Assembly: GCA_002104945.1 (NCBI GenBank)
Contig: MCFH01000024.1
Span: 248,001 to 312,000, forward strand
DNA: 64,000 nucleotides
Origin: Piromyces finnis finn
Taxonomy: Eukaryota > Fungi > Neocallimastigomycota
Direction: 5' to 3'
Position 1 is the first letter of the stretch, and each line of letters starts with the position of its first letter. The notes under the pieces were generated by a model. It made no database searches. It was not told where the DNA came from and saw only the letters and a program-made list of their open reading frames with translations. The translations under genes were made by a program, and so were the position numbers. Below, one piece after another: positions 58,483 to 64,000 of the stretch.

Positions 58483-59580
58483 TTTTGAATAATTCTTAAT
58501 TTAAAATTATCAATATTTTTAAATTCAAAAAAGTTTACTTTTTATACAACTTTATTTTTATATTTTTTCTTTAATAATAAAATTTAAAATATGAATGAGG
58601 AAAAAACTTTATATTAAATAAAAAGATAGCCAATATTATTTCTTTGCAATTAAATATATAAATATTAAAATATAAATAAATTATAAAAGAAAATTTTTAT
58701 AATTTATTTTCTTCTTCTTTTTTTTTTTTAAAAAAAAAATATTTATATTTCAAATTAATGGGTATTCTTTATAAAGTGAGGAACAATAATTTGATATAAA
58801 TTTCTATTATATCCAGTATTTGAGTTACTATTGAAAAGGTATATTTATCACGTATTTTCCTATTTATATTCTTTTGATAAATTGATTAAATATAAAAAGT
58901 ATATAATAATATTAAAAGCAATAGCAAATGCTCTATTATTTTTATTTAAAAAAAAAATAATAACAATTGACTTTAAAATTCTTTTTTTTTTTTTTTTTTT
59001 TTTATTAGGAAAACAGAAACATATAGAATTAATGGAATAATAAATGAAATTTTGCCTAAATTTGAATTAAAAAATTATTGTAATACCAAAATAACTTCAT
59101 TAAGAATATGATTTTTTTTGAATTATGATTGGATAAAATTTTTAAATTTTTGTTTCTATTTTTTTAAAAAAAAAATTAAATTTGAAACCTAACTTTATCG
59201 AAGACACAAAGAAAGTAAAATTATAGTACAAGAATTAATTATTTTAGTAAATTATTTAATTAAATAACTATTTTTAAATATTTAGTTATTTCTTTAAATA
59301 AAATAATATAAAATAAAAGAAAAGATAAATTAATTAAATATAAGTACTAAAACATAAATAAAATTTTATAAAAAAATAATAAAATATAGTCTTCATAAAC
59401 AATATACAATATATATAAAAAGAATATTGGAATTAATATTTTTGTTAAAATAAAAGCTTAATTTATTATTTCCTTTAATTTTTATATATATATACTTTTA
59501 AATATATCAATAATTTTTATATCTTTATAATATTTATAATAATAATAATAATAAATAATAATAATAATAATAATTCGAAA

Positions 59581-62500
59581 ATGCTCTGTAAACTCTCAAT
59601 TTTAAATACTAAAACAAATAAATTATTAGTACTCAACAATACTTATATATCTACTAAACTATTTTCTACAATATCTTCAAAAGGAAGACCAACATGGAGA
59701 ATTACATACAATGAAGATGATGAAGAATCAGAATATAATGATATTAGTATTACCCAAAAGAGTTTTGGTAATGTAACATTAAATAATGTTACACCAAAAA
59801 AAGAAGAATTGAGTGTAAAGAGTTCAAATAATTTAAAAATTAAAAATATATCAAATTCTAATTCTAGAATTGAATTACCAAATAAAAATGTTGATAAAAA
59901 ACAAATAATTAATAAAGCAAAATCAACAAAACAAAAAGCAACATATAATAATCCAGAATTTGAAATTATAAAATCCACTAATTCAGGTAATTATTATTTT
60001 ATTATTTTATTAATTATATAAAAATTCTTAAACACTAATAGTGTTTCTATATAAAAACAATAAATAGAATCAATATTATTTGCAAAAATGAAAAAAAATT
60101 CAATGTTTTATGCAAAATATGGTACAGTTGTTGGTTTATCGTCAAAAGTCAGAATTGAATTATCCTATGAAGATAATACAGATGAAGTTTTAAAAGGTGG
60201 CAATGGTAGTGGGATTTTTGCATTTGAAAAGGTAATTTTTTTTTATTTCTATTTTATTTTTTATAAAATTCATTTATTAAAATGAATTAATTTTTTTAAA
60301 TAGGTATGGACAGAAAATAATTCAGGTCAAGTTTTATTAGTACCAGTAAAGGGTGATTTAATGTTAATAAATGTTAAAAAAGATAAAGAATATGTTGTAA
60401 AAGGAAAATCATTATTTGGAGCTGTTTCAAGTATTAGTGTCAATGATTATTATCATAATAACCATGTAAGTTAATATTTTTATATTTAGTACATTTTAAA
60501 TATTAAGTATAAAAAATGAAATATAATAAATATAATAAATAATAAATATTTTTTTTAAATTAATAGAAATTTGAAGGTGTCAAATATTTTATCGTTAAAG
60601 GAAAGGGTACAATTGCTATCGAAGGAGAAGGTGGTGTTTTAGAAATCACTTTAAATGAAGATGAACACTTTTTAGTAAAACCAAGGTTAATATACATAGT
60701 GAAATAGTGAAAATTAATTACTTTTAAAGTATTAGTATTAACAAATTATTATTATAATATATATTATGTATTAAATAGTACATTATTGGCTTTTGAATCT
60801 CAAATGTCAGTTAAACCAGTGTTGTCATCAGCATGTACTGAAGAAATTGAAGAAGATATACTAGAAAAACAAGATAATGATAGCTCTTTTTGGAAAAAAG
60901 CAAAAGGAATGATTGATAGAGCAAAAATATATGTTTCAGGAGATCAGCTCTTCTATCGTTTAAAAGGTCCAGGAAAATTTTATATTTCCACTAGAATACC
61001 ATCATTATCAGGATTACAAGCATTTAAATTAAATAATAAAGATAAAAAGAAAGCAAATAAAACCATACAAAAAAGAAATTATAGTACAAATTCAAAAAGA
61101 CCTCAAGCCTTAGATGAATATGAACCAGAACTAGAAAATGAAATTTCTTCATTACAAAAAAAATTAATGGAAAAAACATTAAATAATCAAATAAATAAGA
61201 AAATAAATAAGAAAAGTAAAACTCCATCGGTTTCTAAAAAGCAACCAAAAAATGATAGATACCCTGATACATCAAATCATTTTAATGAAGAAGAAGAAGA
61301 AAATGAAAACGAAAACGAAAACGAAATTACTGAAGAATCACCATCTTATCAATCAATAATAGATGAAAAAGCAGTTCTTTACAAAAGATCAGATAAAGTA
61401 AAAAGTCCAAAATCTTCAATGTTTTTTTCCTCAAGAGAAAGTACTGATGAAACAAATGTTGAAAAGTCTTTAATTAAAACTCCAAAGGTTAATACTATTG
61501 ATGTTTATTTAGATGAAGATATTGGTGAAGCCCTTATCAAAGAAACCAATAAAAATAAAAATAATAAATTTTCTTTAAGTTCACATCAAAATAAAAACTT
61601 AAAAACCATGATTAATAGTGAAGTGAAAGAAAATAAAGATAGAAAAATTAACACCATGTTGGAAAAGCGTACTGCTGAAATTAAGGCTGAAAAAAAAAGA
61701 AAAAGACAACAAGAATTAAATCCAAAAAGATATATAAATAAAGAAGAAGAAGATAATGATGAACAAGATATTGATGAAAAAGAAGAAGTTTTAGATGGAA
61801 ATGAAGAAAACTTTGAAGATGATGAAGATGAAATAATTGAAGAAGAAGTTGAAGAGGAGGAGGAAGAAGAAGAAATAATAGAAGAAGAAGAAGACCAACC
61901 TGAGCCAAAATCGAAAAAAGTTTATAGAAATAATCAAAAAAATCAAAATAAAAAAGTCATAAAAATTGAAAATGAACCAGAAGAAACTGAAAAAAAAGTT
62001 TGGGTAATGAAAGAAAATATTAAAGAAAATAAATTCTTTACCTTTGACGATAAAAATCCTATGACTATTCAAGCTATATCTAAAAATAAAAAATCAACCA
62101 AAGATTCAGACTCATCATTTAAATCTTCCTCTTTAAAGAAAAAATCCACCACAAAGAAATTGAAAAAGTCATCAAATCTTTCCAAGAAATCCCAATTAAA
62201 TACCAGAAATCTTAGAAGAAATAACAAGAATATTGAAAAAGATATTCCAAAGCAAAACCAACCAAAAAGTATGAATAAGGCAGCAGCAACAGCATCAAAC
62301 AAAGGTATTATTTCTTCTAAAAGAAAACCATCACAAAAAATAATTGTTAAAAAGAATAGCAATTATGAAAATAATTACTATGACAATGATGTAAATGATG
62401 ATGATGAAGAAATAATTGATGATAAATATGATAATGATGATGAAGTTGTTGAAGAAGAGATTGATGATGATGTCATTATTGATGATGATAATGCGGCAAA

Positions 62501-62687
62501 TGATGAAGAATTCGATGTTGTTGAAGAAGATGATGTTGAAGAAGATGAAGAAGAAAGCAATATTGTTGATGAAGATGATGTTGCTGAAGAAGATGACGAT
62601 AATGAAAATATAATAGATGAAAATGACGAAGAATATGTTGAAGATGAAGAAGAGGATAATGGTGAATATGTTGAAGATGAAGAATAA
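59581..62687 (+). CDS. AIM24-domain protein with organellar-type presequence and long acidic tail, ~5 exons
   Basis: The beta-rich repeats (SILFAKMKKNSMFYAKYGTVVGLS; KGKGTIAIEGEGGVLEITLNEDEHFLVKPSTLLAFES; FYRLKGPGKFYISTR) resemble AIM24/TRAP-like folds. The N-terminus MLCKLSILNTK...KLFSTISSKGR has no acidic residue until ~position 45. Confidence 0.72.
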
Positions 62688-63314
62688 TATATTTAGAATT
62701 TATAAAAAATTATAATAGAAAATTAATAGAAGTTGTAGTAAAAAATTTTTATTTATAGTTAAAAAAAAAAAATATATTATTATTAATAATATTATTAATA
62801 ATGCTAATAATAAATAATAAAAATAAAAAAATAATAATAATAAGCAACAATTTAATAAAGGAATAAAAAAATAAAAATAAAAATAAAATTACAGTTATAA
62901 AATTTATTCTGAATAAGTATCATTTTTCATTATCAAAAATTATATATACAATTTAAAAGTAAATATATTAATTCAGTTTATTGTACATTGTTTTATAAAG
63001 TTTTCTGTTTATTTATAAATAAAATTAAATAAAAAAGGTAATAACAATAGAAGTAAAAAGAGAATAATAATAAAAATAAGAAAAGAAAAAGGAGAAAAAA
63101 AAAAAAAAAAAATACAAAATAACTAGATTTTTATTTTATTTATTATATTTTATTTATAAATTTTTTATTATTATTACATTTAAGTGTTAAATAAAAAGAA
63201 AAAATATTAAAAATTAATATTTTAAAGTTCTAAATGATTCTTCAATATGTAGTTAATTTGAATGGATAGTTTAATTTATAATATTGTAGTTAATAATTAT
63301 ATTTAAAATAAAAT

Positions 63315-64000
63315 CTAACTAAGGATTTGCATAAGTCTAACAGCGCGTTTAAATCTTAATGATTCTTCATCAATATTTTCTTCTTCCATAATTTTTTTAG
63401 CTTGTTCAAGAGTTAACTAATTCATTTATTAATAATAATAATAGTAATTATGGAAAAAATGTTCATTATTATTTGTAAAAAAAGGTTTATTTTTAAAATA
63501 CTATTATCTATTATATTTATATTCAAAATATTATCATAAAAATATAAAATGTTTTTACAAAAAATATATATATATATATAAATAATGCTTACAGTTTTTG
63601 AATTTCCTTTTAAATCTTGTAAATATTCCAATGCAATTTCAAATAACTTTTCTGAAATAGCCTTTTCTGAATATATATGTTTAAGAATCCATGTTTGACG
63701 AATTTTTGAAAATTTCCATGATTCCTTAGAATGTTTCCAAAGAGATAAGTATGAAAAAGCTTGTTTAACTTGAGTTTCTGATACTATATAAAGAAATAAC
63801 AGATTTATATACAATATATATATAATAGGTATTAAATAATTATAATAAACATTATATAGAATTAGAATTAGGAAACTACTATTTAGTAGAAATCATGATT
63901 TAAATATTTAAAATTTAAACTTTACATTTTTCTTCTTCATCTTCTTTCTTATCTTCTTCCATTTTAGAGTCATTAATTTCGTTATTGTTTTCTTCTTCTC
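63315..64000 (-). CDS. WKF-domain protein (C7orf50/DUF2373-like), 5'-truncated by the window edge
   Basis: QAFSYLSLWKHSKESWKFSKIRQTWILKHIYSEKAISEKLFEIALEYLQDLKG...RFKRAVRLMQILS*. Stop at 63317-63315. Confidence 0.85.

Overview
Extremely AT-rich, intron-dense eukaryotic DNA. The GT-AG introns, long A/T and (AAT)n tracts and gene content fit an anaerobic gut fungus (Neocallimastigomycota); this is inferred from composition and gene content. I reconstruct 16 protein-coding genes, mostly spliced: PP2C phosphatase, a 7TM-RGS protein, PCID2/Csn12, a GT32-fold protein with degenerate catalytic motifs, an atypical CDK-like kinase, LENG8/Thp3, a bacterial-type GAPN, insulin-degrading enzyme, an intronless orphan, SMG9, POL1, TRM5, PSF2, RTR1/RPAP2, an AIM24-domain protein and a partial WKF-domain gene. 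The ORF track misses a cluster of three box C/D snoRNAs at ~32.1-32.6 kb: U24, a U16/snR87 homologue and one with an apparently new LSU guide. Other leads are a GAPN and an AIM24 protein carrying ML-starting organellar-type presequences, a natural 'AF' CDK, a DXD-less GT32, and the Csn12 and Thp3 partner genes lying 10 kb apart. No tRNA, rRNA, CRISPR array or recognisable transposon was seen. Exon boundaries were read by eye and are approximate.
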